From NCBI RefSeq assembly GCF_001194135.2, contig NC_068992.1, forward strand, positions 61,210,566 to 61,274,565: a stretch of DNA of 64,000 bases, read 5' to 3'. The notes beneath the pieces are model-generated. The model was not told the DNA's origin, did no database searches, and saw nothing but the letters and a program-made list of their open reading frames with translations. Positions 38,021 through 51,036 of this stretch are shown here, piece by piece. How positions within the stretch are numbered: position 1 is the stretch's first letter; every line of letters begins with the position of its first letter. Position numbers and translations under genes: made by a program. The stretch comes from Octopus bimaculoides. Taxonomy: Eukaryota.

Positions 38021-40418
38021 AAACAGTGTCTCAATTTGTGTTTGTACCAGCTTTACTGTGGAGTACAAAAATACATAGATTTTTAAATTACCAAGTATTT
38101 CGATGTGGCCGGGGAGAGCGGAAACTGCCGAAACGAATTTAATATTTTGTTACCTCCCATGGCATTGCTAACATCATAAGTTCTCTCCCTTGGCAATTGA
38201 GCTGATTTTAAAACCATATTACAAAATGTGTGAAGTTTATTCAATATGTAGCAAATGAGAATCTAAAGGTGACTAAATTGAAGCCAAACGTAATGCAATG
38301 TTGTATCCAAACTTCTGTAGCTATTTTTACGTATTTTTCATTTGAATATGCTATGTGATAAAAAAAAAAAAATTAGTTGATGCTACAAACACTTCTTATT
38401 CCTTGGAGAAAGAAGAAAAAGTGGCCATCTTACGATACTAGTCACACATCGGAATTTAGCCGGAAAACTCACTGGTTCAATCTTTATAACGGCAAACGTG
38501 TTTGGAGAGTGTTTATCTTAGGCGGAATAAATATCACAAGACATTTTTGTTCGATGCACCGCCTTATTAGTGACTTTCTTTTCTCTGTGTACATCTTTTA
38601 TACACCCACACGCACAATATTAATCTTACGATGAAAGGGCATCAGAACGACTTAGATTTTTTCCCCTATACTTTTTCTTTTATTTTTGAGCGACATACTT
38701 GTTATCATTCAAACGATATCATACTTCATTCTTCTCAAACCATCAACGTCCAAGCATCACACGTTTAACCTGGATACCTCATGTCAAATTTGTACTAACA
38801 TCATGAATAGGGACCTTGTAAATCTCCTCCAGTGCCACAGGATGTGGGGCATATTAATCTTGTCAATCTTGACTCTTTCAATGGCACAAAGAAACAATTC
38901 CTAGTCTTTTCATGAAGGCAGCATTGCACATCACCCTAATCCTTTCATGAACAGCATGTCACTAAAAACCTCAAGGTCATAAAGACCACATTGCAAAGAC
39001 TGGTCTTCCTTTTTTTCCCAAGCCAGAAAATATTTTGTCTGTAAGGGACCATGCGATGCAAGGTGACAAGAATGGCTCTTGTGTACCACATCACACAGCC
39101 CTTACAATAAAAAGGATTGAATACTATAAATACACGCCAGATGGAAAAGGAGACACAACCACATAGGAATGATTAAGAGAACATTTATTGATATGTTATC
39201 ATGTGTGTCTATGTGCATCATGTATACAGAATAATAGGCCATCATGCAAACAAAATGTATGTATGTGTGTGTGTGTGTGTGTAAGCATAGATGTATGTGC
39301 ATGTGAAGAACATATAAGAATGGTAATGAAGAAGAGGCAGTGAAAGAGTCTATAGGCATCGAAGTGAGGAGTAAGTTCATAGACATAAGAAAGATGAGAA
39401 TATTAGTTTGTAGTCAATAGTACACGATAGTTGAAATACTGTATCGAGAAGTCACAGCCATGATGTTGAGCCAGTTACAGTTACGTCGTATGTGAAGTTG
39501 TGACTGTGATGCAGCTGCATGGGACACTTGTACAGAAGTTCATGTAGGTTGTATATTCACTGTTGATCTCTAGTGAAATAAGTCGTGAATTGTTGGAACT
39601 TGGGTGAATTGCTTGCTGAGCTGTGTACATAGAGAAATGATGTTGATGATGTTAAGAAGGGCATGATGGTGGCGATGAAGGAGGAGGTTGCCGTAAGGCT
39701 GTTGGACGAAGTTGGTAAGTCTCAACGTGTAGTGGTGTTTGGCTGGTGTTGTTGCTGGAGCTTGCTGTACTTTGGTCAGTGGCTAGACCTTAAAAGGTCT
39801 AGAACCAAAGACCTCAGAACAAGGAAAAGCTGAGTTTTTATAGGGAGCTGTAGGTTCAAACAAGTTGGTAAACAGACTGTCCCATGTGATCTTATTTAGA
39901 GCTTCCAACTGGTTATACACAGTAAGTTGGCACAATCGAGTAAGAGACAAATTGTGCCCATACCAACCAATCAGAGTAGTAGACACAAGGGAATCCAAAT
40001 AGCAGTCAAAGGCTTGCTGTTCCCTGCCACGTTCAAATGCACATATATATAATAAAGGGAAGAGAGGAATTACAACCAAGTCTATGCAACGTCTTTAAAC
40101 TTCTCTCCACACGGCTCAAATGAGGCTCATAATAGAATACTGGTCCTGCTGCTACTGACACACACACACACACATATCTTACACCATGTCCATTCAACTG
40201 ATATGATGTCACTTGCCAACAGGCTCCAAACTCTGGCTCACAGACACATTGCTTCTCTTCTCTTTGCATTTGGTCTCATGCCGCATTTACTCAGGTATTC
40301 TTGACTCACTCTGTCTCCTCCTCTCATCATCCATGTTGCGTTCAACCTCACTGAGGCCCTACTCTAATCATTATTCCCAGTCCTTCCTCCCCAGATCATC
40401 AAACATTAACTCCACTGG

Positions 40419-40457
<39 letters not shown>

Positions 40458-40493
40458 ACATGTTTTACATGTCATCAAACTGCAGCTGTTTAA

Positions 40494-40698
40494 CCCTTTA
40501 ACATTTAAACTGACCATATCTGACTCAAATATTCCACCCGTTTTATATTTGAGCTGACCACTCCTACACTACAATGTAGGCCCCAATAAACACTTCATCA
40601 AGATCTCAATGCTACAACATTAATTCATGATTAATTAATTCAAAGTAATATGAATAGATAAGCACTACATTTCAGTGTGTAATTTAAATGTTTAAGTG
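40494..40698. mobile_element. piggyBac-like MITE family E
   Basis: TTAA flanks; ccctttaacattt ... aaatgtttaagtg. Confidence 0.7.
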
Positions 40699-41213
40699 TT
40701 AAGAAGGACAATATGTGCCACTCAAGGCATCCATTTTTGTTTATATCACTCCCCACCTCCTATTTTGGTTTTAGCCTGTACAGGCCTATACATCAGCCCC
40801 CAAAGTACTATTTAAAAGTATCACTGACAGTGACCCTACCCCAACAATCCTAGCTATGCTACTGACTGTTATGTCATGTTGGGGAAAGTGTCATAGCTTT
40901 ACCATGCTTACATCTGTTCTCTTTGTAATCTTGTCTTTTATATTTAAGAAGAACTCTGAATAAGAGGAAGATTATATTTAAAAGATGATGTCTCTCCTCC
41001 ACCCACCTTTGGTGAATGTGACTTTAACTAGGAGGAGGAGATATTGAGCACCGTCTGATGCCATTAACTCCTCCTGGTCAAGGTTAGAAAAGCAGTAACT
41101 TCTATCAGAATGTAAACATTCATTTATTCCATATTCTTCTCAAGCTTATGGGAGAAAATTACTGAAAGATTAAAAATAACACTAAATATAATTATCTGAA
41201 GTAAACTATATAA

Positions 41214-41662
41214 GCCATGGCTATGTGGTGAGGAGTTTGCTTCCCAACCACATGGTTCTAGGTTCAGTTCTACTGCTTGACCCCTTGGGCAAGTGTCTTC
41301 TATGATAGCCCTAGGCTCACCAAAGCCTTGTGGGTGAATTTTGTAGATGGGACATGAAAGAAACCTGTCATATTCATCTATATGTAGATGTGTGCATGCA
41401 TGTTTTTTCTCCCCAACAACCATTTGACAATTGGTGTTGATATTTATTTATTTATGTGTTTCAGCCAAGTGGCTGCGGTCATGATGTTTCTGAAACTTTG
41501 TGGCTTGATGAAAAGAGACTTGGTCTCTTGGTGGTTTGATGAATAAGTACTAGGCTTAAAAACCAACATAAGTACTGGGGTTGATTTGTTTGACTAAACT
41601 CTTGAAGGTAGTGCTCCAGCATTGCCACAGTCCAATGACTGAAACGAGTAAAAGATAAAAGA
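41214..41662 (+). mobile_element. SINE family A
   Basis: Head, core and tail homology; ends about 90 nt upstream of exon 41755. Confidence 0.8.
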
Positions 41663-41754
41663 TATGTTTGTTTTTGTCCTTGTTAAAAGCAACAATACTT
41701 TGCTTGCTAAAGAATCTCACAATGCTCTTTTTTTTTTCTCTCTCTGCTTTTCAG

Positions 41755-41846
41755 TTCCTCATCTCTACCAAACTTTAACCACAAGAGAGATTCTAAAGTA
41801 CCTCTGCGTAATATGTCAATGACCCGAGACGCTGCTATTAAAGAAG
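41755..41846 (+). CDS. FRMD5: FRMD5-like exon (SSSLPNFNHKRDSKVPLRNMSMTRDAAIKE)
   Basis: Long pyrimidine tract ctgcttttcag|T and AAG|gtaagt donor; 92 nt, phase 2 to 1, open frame. Confidence 0.88.
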
Positions 41847-41859
41847 GTAAGTAATTTAG

Positions 41860-41902
<43 letters not shown>

Positions 41903-42026
41903 GAAATATATCTCAGATCAAAATATTACTGCAATATTCACTAGATTAGAACATCTCTGACATGTGTGTCTCAAGTGAATGTGTTTATTGAAGGTGGTAG
42001 AGGATGGTTGAGAAAATCACTGAAGC

Positions 42027-42181
42027 ATGTATATCTCATTTCTGATGTCACTGGAATGTGTGCATCTTATTTCTGATGTCACTGGAAGGTGTGCATCTTG
42101 TTTCTGATGTCACTGGAATGTGTGCATCTCGTTTCTGATGTCACTGGAATGTGTGCATCTCATTTCTGATGTCACTGGAAT
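42027..42181 (+). repeat. 31-bp minisatellite, five copies (gtgtgcatctcatttctgatgtcactggaat)
   Basis: tctgatgtcactggaa recurs at 42041, 42072, 42103, 42134 and 42165. Confidence 0.95.
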
Positions 42182-42989
42182 ATATGTACTTCATGGCAGG
42201 GTGTCACTGAAGAGTGTACATCACATCATAAGGAGGTCACTAAAATGCTTGTTTCTTATATTGCTGTGTTCATATCAAGATGACAAAGGAATATATTGGA
42301 TTTGGATGCATCATACTGCAATATAATCTATTAAATGTAGGTTAAGATCAACATGCCTGCAAAATATATTTCAAGGTTAGATGTTATTAAAATGTATACT
42401 TGCTAGAAGAATATAGTAGACACAGGAATGTACTCGGATTGTGTTATAATAGAAATAAATGTACGTCAAACATTGAATATCAAGGAAACCTAGCTCAGAA
42501 CATGATGTCACAGAAATGTATTCACTTGTTTAATATTTATATGAAATATTCATTATGAAATATTCATTATGAAATATATACTGTATGTAAAGTTTGTTGA
42601 TTTATATACTCTGTTATAGCTTTTAAGAATGGATCTTCTGTTTTGGGTTGTTTGCTCCGATTTCACCAATATTTCTTAATCCAAGACAAACTTCTTTGCA
42701 CACATTCACTGACAAGGACCGATGGATGGACACACACACACACACACACACACTAATACATAAACACATATCATTTACATCTTTGACTTTTCAAATTTAA
42801 GATGTTGAACCCTAATGATAATAACTATGTTTTGATGTATATTCATGCTCTTAAATTGAATAGAATATATTTTTATGAACAACCAGCTCAGCAAAGGTAA
42901 ATATTTCAGTTGAAAAAGCAGAAGTCAGAGAACTGTGTTTTCCATTCAGTTTTTTTTTTTTTTTTTTCTGAATAAAAGGTGCACACACA

Positions 42990-43022
<33 letters not shown>

Positions 43023-43348
43023 TTGCATTCATTTTTCCATGCATGCCAGAGTCAGGCAACTCTTCTCCAGCAAGCATCATCCTATTCGTTGCAGTTCTTT
43101 ATCATCTCTTTTTGGTGAATTTCAGTCTTTTGAGATCAGTGTCCACAGCTTTTCTCTTGTGTCTGCTTTGGCTTTCTTCTTCTTCTGCAAGTTGTATCCA
43201 TTCAGAATTGTCTTGGCAATTATAGACCTGACTGTTATTGTTTATGTACATTGCATGTCCATACCAACTACAATTGAGAAAACGTGCACAATATATAATC
43301 ACACAGATGCAAGCATCCATGCACAAACAGGCTTACACAAGCATACTT

Positions 43349-43385
<37 letters not shown>

Positions 43386-46300
43386 TACAGTCACTTGCAC
43401 ATACATACACACTTTCATATATTCACATAGGTAAATAGATCTCTGTTGTTGAATTTACTGGTCATTGAATTAGCATATAAGTGGCTGAGTATTTCACAGG
43501 TACATACACACTTAAAGTAATTCTCAGGCAGAATTGACATCACTCAGTCACAGTATGTAATAATAGTGGACTTTGGAATTACAGGTTCAATCCATCTGAA
43601 AGGCTTCTACCAAATTTTTCTCACAAGGCTTGGATTGACTCAAAGCTATGGTAAAATGAATCTTGTCTTTTGTCCATGATATACAGTTGGTTCAAACCTT
43701 TACAAAATGGAAGGAAAATCAATATGACAATTAGCTTTACTAAATATCAATTGATTAGAATTTTTTTACATATCAGTGATTATTTTTTTCTTTCCCTCAG
43801 CAATACAGTAGTAAAATTAAACAAACTCTGATGAGGTTTAATGGCTCTGTGTTTGCAATTAGTTTGAGACTTATGCTGCCCAGAATTTGAGATGTGTTAG
43901 AGTTCATTCCAGAAAGAGGCTTCCCTTGGACCTTCAACTTCTAATGGAACCATAGGAGTACCATTGTGACATACACTATTGTGGGCATTTGTAAGCCTGG
44001 TATAGTACATCCCTCTCCAGCTCTGACAACAGACAATTTTTTTCAAAGAACAAAAGAGAAATAAAGAGCTAGAACACTTGTTTCTACTTCAAACTCAATA
44101 TGAAACATTGTGGTGCAGCATTGGTTTTACCTGGTGGGCTGTATTGTGCACCTGCCAGCTAATTGATATCTAAAAAAAATTATGATGTGGACATTTGAAG
44201 ATGGGAAATGAACCAGCCTAAGAATGCTTGGGGCCAAACATACCCAGAAAACCTCAAATTCATGAGGACCAGTTGGACAGAAGCAGAAAAAACTGTGATT
44301 GGTCAACAGATCAGTAGACCAACCACAGTACAAGGCTGGTATTCTATTTATCAGCCCTAAAAGTAAGGAAGGGAGGCTGGCAGGCAAAGGTTGTCATTGA
44401 GGGCAGAGAGTAAGAATTGCTACAAGGCAATCTATATGATGCTCTAATCACTGGGCTAAATTTGCTGTCTTACTCTGATATTTTAATCCTATAGCATTTA
44501 AATCAGCTTTGTCTGGCTCAAATGTTTTACCTGTTTAAGTCCAAACTAATCAGATCTAGCCTTTCACATCTACCCTACAATGCCATTTTCAAAATAAATA
44601 ATCCCATCATTGAAATCTCGAAGCTATGAGTTAATGCATAAATTAATTCAAAACAATGTGAATAAATAAGCATCACATTTGACAGATAATCTGAATGCTG
44701 AAGGTTTCATTGGATATTTTAGGCTTTATGCTGATTTTGTATATTTCTAATTTACCAAATTTACACCTGTATGTAAATTAGTATACACACGTGTAAACTA
44801 ATAAGTATTTTCTATAAACTGTTTTATCTACATAGCACATTATACTGATTATGAACATAGACACGCAGATGTCAACACTTCTTTTTTTGACATCACAGTA
44901 TACTGAAAATATTTATATATTCACTTTTATGCATAGACATCTCAAAGTGTGACAAATTCACAAGATTTTTCGCAACCCCAGGTATTAAATATGAAATAAA
45001 ACATACAAATAAATAAATCATTTTTTTCTGCTAAACATACATATAAAGAAAAGTAGTTATATTATTTGTCAAAATAAAAGTAGTTTTGGGATTTGTGCAT
45101 TTGTGAAATAACATATAAACTGAAATTCAAATGTTTGAATTTAATTTTTGCGATCCCAGCATTTTGCGTCACAACCCCATTTGGGGTCACGATCCATAGT
45201 TTAAGAAGCACTGATCTGAAGCAACGTTAAATGATGTCTTTTGCTCAAGAGCAAAACACACCACCCTGCCATGCACATACATTGACACAGTTTACTGAAT
45301 GTAAACATGAATATACATTTATTCATAGACTCTATACATTTAACCATAAACATACTTTACACAACGGTTTATTAAATAAAAGCATTGACACACATGTATT
45401 CATACATTCATTTATTTTGAAATCACAGAATACATCACATATGCAGATACACTCACAAATTTATGCAGGCACACATCCACATCCACCCATGCACCCACAT
45501 ACACACACACACACACACACACTCACCGACATTTGTTGACATCACACTTAGTTTATTGAATAAATACACTTACGCATTTATACATACACGTTTTTTTTAT
45601 ATTACTATATATCCAAAATAAGTATAGATAGATACCCACACATTCATACATACATTATACATTTTGTGCATCACTGTCTACTGAGCAGACAACACGTTTT
45701 TCTCACCATCAGTGAATATTAAATATAGACTTATATTCAATGAAGTTGAGAAAATGTGTGTAGATCTAAGACACGCATGCACACACACGCATGCATCAAT
45801 GCATAATCTATATGTGTGTATGATATGAAAAATTGCAAGTGAAACTTTACTGTTATTATTTGGATTTTTTTCCAGTGACCCAAATGTAATCATATTTAAA
45901 AAATTCATTTAGATTAATTTAAGAGGTTTATTAATTGTAAATCTATATAGTAAAATCAATGGATATTCTCATGTTATTAATGGGATCTAGATTTTTAAGG
46001 TCATGGCATATATGGAATGTGTTGGGTTGGTTTTTCTTTTCAACAAACTCTCAACTTCATTTTTTTGTTTTTCTTTAAAGCTATATGAATTAAAGATCTC
46101 ACTAAATTATATTAGCATTAGAAATATCTCGTATGTGCTAATTCATAGAAAATAGTTAAAATGACTGAGGAGTATAGAAAAAGTTATTGATTAAAAACAA
46201 GTCCCTGAATTAAGCATTATTATTATTATTATTATTAAGGTGGCAAGCTGGCTGAATCGTTAGCATGCTGAGTTCAAATTCCACTGAGGTCAACTTTACC

Positions 46301-46439
46301 TTTCATTCTTTTGGGGTCAGTAAAGTACCTGTTATTCACTGGTGTTGATGTAATTAACTAGTCCCCTCCCCTGAAATTACTGGTCTTGTACCAGCAATTT
46401 AGTCTACCCCTATTTACACACACATATGCATCCACCCAT

Positions 46440-46820
46440 TTTTTTGCCCACTATTCTTGGGAAGGTTGTTGGGGTAGAGTCTTCAAGCATTGTCCCCTTA
46501 GGGTCCTATCAGAAGCAACCATCAATAGATTTTCAGGGTAGATTCCCAAGCATGAGCAATTGAGACTATGGATATAATCCAATCATCTCATTTTTAGTCT
46601 TCCCCTAAGTCCCTTGCTACTTGGCTCAGCTTGAAGAGTCTGTCTTTTGATTCTTTCCTGCAACATTCTAATCACATGTCTATAGTACCTGAGCTTTGAC
46701 CTCTCTACATAGAGAAGTAGCAGCTTGACTTGAAGAGACTCTCCGATCTCTGAGCTATGCATCCTGTTGAGGAATGTTACTCCAGATATCCTTTGGATGA
46801 AACTCATTGCAACCACTTAT
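46440..46820 (-). mobile_element. RTE-clade LINE 3' ORF remnant
   Basis: ORF 46583-46816 (FIQRISGVTFLNRMHSSEIGESLQVKLLLLYVERSKLRYYRHVIRM...KGLRGRLKMR) fits the RTE pattern FLRRIxGV...ERSQLRWFGHVxRM...RPRGRP. Confidence 0.8.
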
Positions 46821-47851
46821 ATTTGTGATCATACTCTTTCAGTTATTACATTGCTCAACATACATTAACAAAGGTGAGGATAAACATAAAAACCAAATTG
46901 ATGATTGTGAGTTTGAATCTTTTACCAACCTCTGATCTTCTGAGGCCAATTATCAAAAAGATGATGTTTTAGTTTAGTGAAAGGAAATCTTTATTTCATT
47001 GTTAATCTGTACCATTTATAAGAAATATCTAAATGTCAATGTCTTAATTTATCTGTGTTTGCTTCATTATGAATTCATCAGTGTTAAAGATAATTTTTTT
47101 GTTTTGTTTTGTTAGATAGTAACATGGCTGGTTGTCTTTTATAGCATTGATTTCCATTGTTTTTTTTTTAACTCCTTTTCTTTTGAATCTTATATTTTTT
47201 ATTCAGAGAACAAAATTTTGTTGATTTTTATTTTTGCTTTAATATCCAGTTTTCCATATTTACATGGGTTGAACAGATTTTGTTAAGGCAGATTTTTATG
47301 GCCGGACATACTTCCTGTTGCAAGGTATTATTTTCCTCATGGTTAGACATGTTTCCATAGAAGATTGGAAAACAATGACATCTTTGCATCCAAGCAAGGT
47401 ATCATTTTCTCCATGGCTAGTCATGTTTCCTCAGAAGACTGGAAACCAATGGATACCAACTGTATGATGATAACACTCGTGTAAAAAAACCATGCGATTT
47501 CAAAGCAAGGAGTCTCACATGCATTTATCTTGTGATTATATATATATATAGATAGATATAGATATTTTGTGAGGGTACATGGCTTAGTGGTTAGGATGTT
47601 GCATTCCCTATCACACATTTGTGCTTTCAATTCCTGGATTGGGTAGTGTATTGAGTTATTCAACAAAATACTTCATCTCACATTGCTCTGCAATCACTTC
47701 AACACTTGTTCAGGCAACATTGATTTGATGGAGGAAATGAGCTAATGTACAGGACATATAGTTAATCAATATAGACAAATCGTTTATGTAGGTCATTCAG
47801 TTGGAGTTGAACACTCATACATCATCTTCAACAGGAGATTCCCTTATATAT

Positions 47852-48163
47852 CATCATCATCATCATCATCGTCATTTAACGTCCGCTTTCCATGCTAGCA
47901 TGAGTTGGACGATTTGACTGAGGACTGGTGAAACCAGATGGCTACACCAGGCTCCAATCTGATTTGGCAGAGTTTCTACGGCTGGATGCCCTTCCTAACG
48001 CCAACCACTCAGAGAGTGTAGTGGGTGCTTTTATGTGTCACCCGCACGAAGGCCAGTCAGGCGGTACTGGCAACAGCCATGCTCAGGATGGTGTATTTTA
48101 TGTGCCACCTGCACAAGAGCCAGTCCAGGGGCACTGGCAACGATCTCACTCAAAAATCCTACG
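47852..48163 (-). mobile_element. SINE family C (runs into gap)
   Basis: Near-identical to 17604-17825. Confidence 0.8.
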
Positions 48164-49104
48164 NNNNNNNNNNNNNNNNNNNNNNNNNNNNNNNNNNNNN
48201 NNNNNNNNNNNNNNNNNNNNNNNNNNNNNNNNNNNNNNNNNNNNNNNNNNNNNNNNNNNNNNNNNNNNNNNNNNNNNNNNNNNNNNNNNNNNNNNNNNNN
48301 NNNNNNNNNNNNNNNNNNNNNNNNNNNNNNNNNNNNNNNNNNNNNNNNNNNNNNNNNNNNNNNNNNNNNNNNNNNNNNNNNNNNNNNNNNNNNNNNNNNN
48401 NNNNNNNNNNNNNNNNNNNNNNNNNNNNNNNNNNNNNNNNNNNNNNNNNNNNNNNNNNNNNNNNNNNNNNNNNNNNNNNNNNNNNNNNNNNNNNNNNNNN
48501 NNNNNNNNNNNNNNNNNNNNNNNNNNNNNNNNNNNNNNNNNNNNNNNNNNNNNNNNNNNNNNNNNNNNNNNNNNNNNNNNNNNNNNNNNNNNNNNNNNNN
48601 NNATATATAGGCAACAGTCTTCTTTTAGTTTCTCCCTATCAGATTCACCCACAAGAGTTTGATCAGACTAAAAGTACTTTGATTCCGAATGAAAGTCACA
48701 TATTGATCGACAGTCAGTTCTTTAGCTATTATCCTCATACATTGGATTGCATGAAATTTTGTATTAGTTTCCCTCTTTTTCCGTCTCTTGCTATCTCTCT
48801 CTCTCTCTCTCTCTCTTTATCTAAAATATATTTAGTTTCTCTCTTTTTGTTCATTTACTTCATCACTGACTTGTTGCTGAAAATAATTATTTGTAGTTAC
48901 TATGGGGATAGATATTGTTCAGTTACTAAGGTGATAAACATATTAGTATTTAGGAACAACAGTAACAATTGTTCAATATTATAGCAACTCTGTTAGATAT
49001 TGATTACATTTATAAGCTTGATGCTTATGAAATGCTTCTCCGAAAAGAGGCCCGGGGGGAACAAAAAACCACTTATCCAAAACGGGATTGTATAATTTTC
49101 ATGC

Positions 49105-49500
49105 TATAAGTGTATTTGTGTGGTAAGAAGCTTGCTTCCCAACCTCATATTTCTGAGTTCAGTCCCACCATGTGGAACCTTTGGTAAGCGTCTTCTACTA
49201 TAATCCTGGGCCAACCAAAGCTTTGTGAGTGAATTTGGTAGGCAGAAACTGAAAGAAGCCAACATATACATGTATGTATGTGTCTGTCTTTGTGTTTCTC
49301 TCCCAATCACCACTTGACAATCAGTGTTGGTTTGTTTATATCCTCATAACTTAGCAGTTTGGCAAAAAGAAACTGATAAAATAAGTACCAGGTTTTTTTT
49401 TTTTTTTTTAAAGTACTGTGACCAATTTATTCAACTATACCTTTCAAGTGGTGGCCCAGCGTAGCCATAGTCCAATGAGTGAAACCAATAAAAGTAAAGA
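49105..49500 (+). mobile_element. SINE family A
   Basis: Head, core and tail homology. Confidence 0.8.
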
Positions 49501-50643
49501 AAATGATGTGACTGCAATGTAAATTATTTGCAACATATGGTTGTAGTTAACACTAGAATAGTGGTGTTGTTGCTGTTGTTAGTGTTGGGTGTTTTTTTTT
49601 TTAAATCAAACAAAGTAAGATTTTTAAAAATATTTTGATCCTCAATTTCATTGATATTTGAGAAAGCAGAGACTGGATAGGTGAGTTTTTATGTGAAAGA
49701 AAGAAAGCAATATTTGCAGCTGAAATAGTAGAAAAGGGTTGGGGTGCTGGCTGTGGCAATTCTCTATTAGATTAGAGTATTAAGATAGCATTGATCATGA
49801 CAGATGTTATCTTAATTATTAGTTTTTAACTTGACAAGACAATGAGCAAATGTGGGATCCTCTATGTGGTGTTAAACCCATTAGAAATAGCAGCCAATTT
49901 CGCCTTAAGAAAGAAGGTCATATTGGTTAATGCAGTCGTAAATGTCTGGAGAAAACAGTCAAAACAAAAGACAGGATAGTCATGGCAGGAATGCCTTTGA
50001 TCAGCGGTTCATTCGTTCATTTGTCTCTTTTACATGTTTTGCAATTTTAGCATAAGTTGGAATTATTGAGGTAGATTTTCTACAGTTGGATGACCTTTCT
50101 GTTGCCAAGTCTCACGTGATTCTAAACAAGGTCAAATTTCTCCATGACCAGACATGTTTCTGTAGAATATTGGAAAGGAATTACACTGCTTGTATAACAG
50201 TGACACTCATTTACAAATACCATGTCAAGACACCAACACACGCACATTATTCTTAAATGAGCATATTATTGACAGTGATTTTGAGGTTTCAGCCAGTTAA
50301 GCCATGATGGCCATTGTGGCTTAACTGGCCAACGATGGCGTGACTGGCCAAAACTTCAAAGTCACTGTCAATGATATTCTTGTCTAAAAATAATAAATTT
50401 GTACTCTACAAATGTATTGCANNNNNNNNNNNNNNNNNNNNNNNNNNNNNNNNNNNNNNNNNNNNNNNNNNNNNNNNNNNNNNNNNNNNNNNNNNNNNNN
50501 NNNNNNNNNNNNNNNNNNNNNNNNNNNNNNNNNNNNNNNNNNNNNNNNNNNNNNNNNNNNNNNNNNNNNNNNNNNNNNNNNNNNNNNNNNNNNNNNNNNN
50601 NNNNNNNNNNNNNNNNNNNNNNNNNNNNNNNNNNNNNNNNNNN

Positions 50644-50684
<41 letters not shown>

Positions 50685-50967
50685 GATAAGAAATGGACCA
50701 ATAGTAACAGAAGTAGATCATTGGTGTTTTAAAGTCATCTCATCATTATTAAATGTCTTTAAAACATCAGTGATCTACTTCTAACTGTTATTATTGCTCC
50801 ATTTCTTATTGTTCTTTACATATATTAAACCACGGTTTTACCTTTTGAATTACCTACAACAGTATACCTTATGACAAGGGCCATACATACTGAAATAATA
50901 CCAGGAATGCCTTTGGAGACATCTAACCCTTAGATGGCTATATTACCTCTAACTTGTATCTTACACA

Positions 50968-51036
<69 letters not shown>

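Noticed and set aside
39400-40030. GC-richer segment with ORF 39783-40079
   Set aside because: No recognisable domain or splice-compatible exon; probably an unclassified repeat remnant.
42027-42181. CRISPR-like regular 31-bp repeat
   Set aside because: No unique spacers and an animal context; it is a minisatellite.
49663-49680. 18-nt phase 1-1 segment before a gtgagt donor
   Set aside because: The acceptor is GAG with a poor pyrimidine tract; much weaker than 55083.
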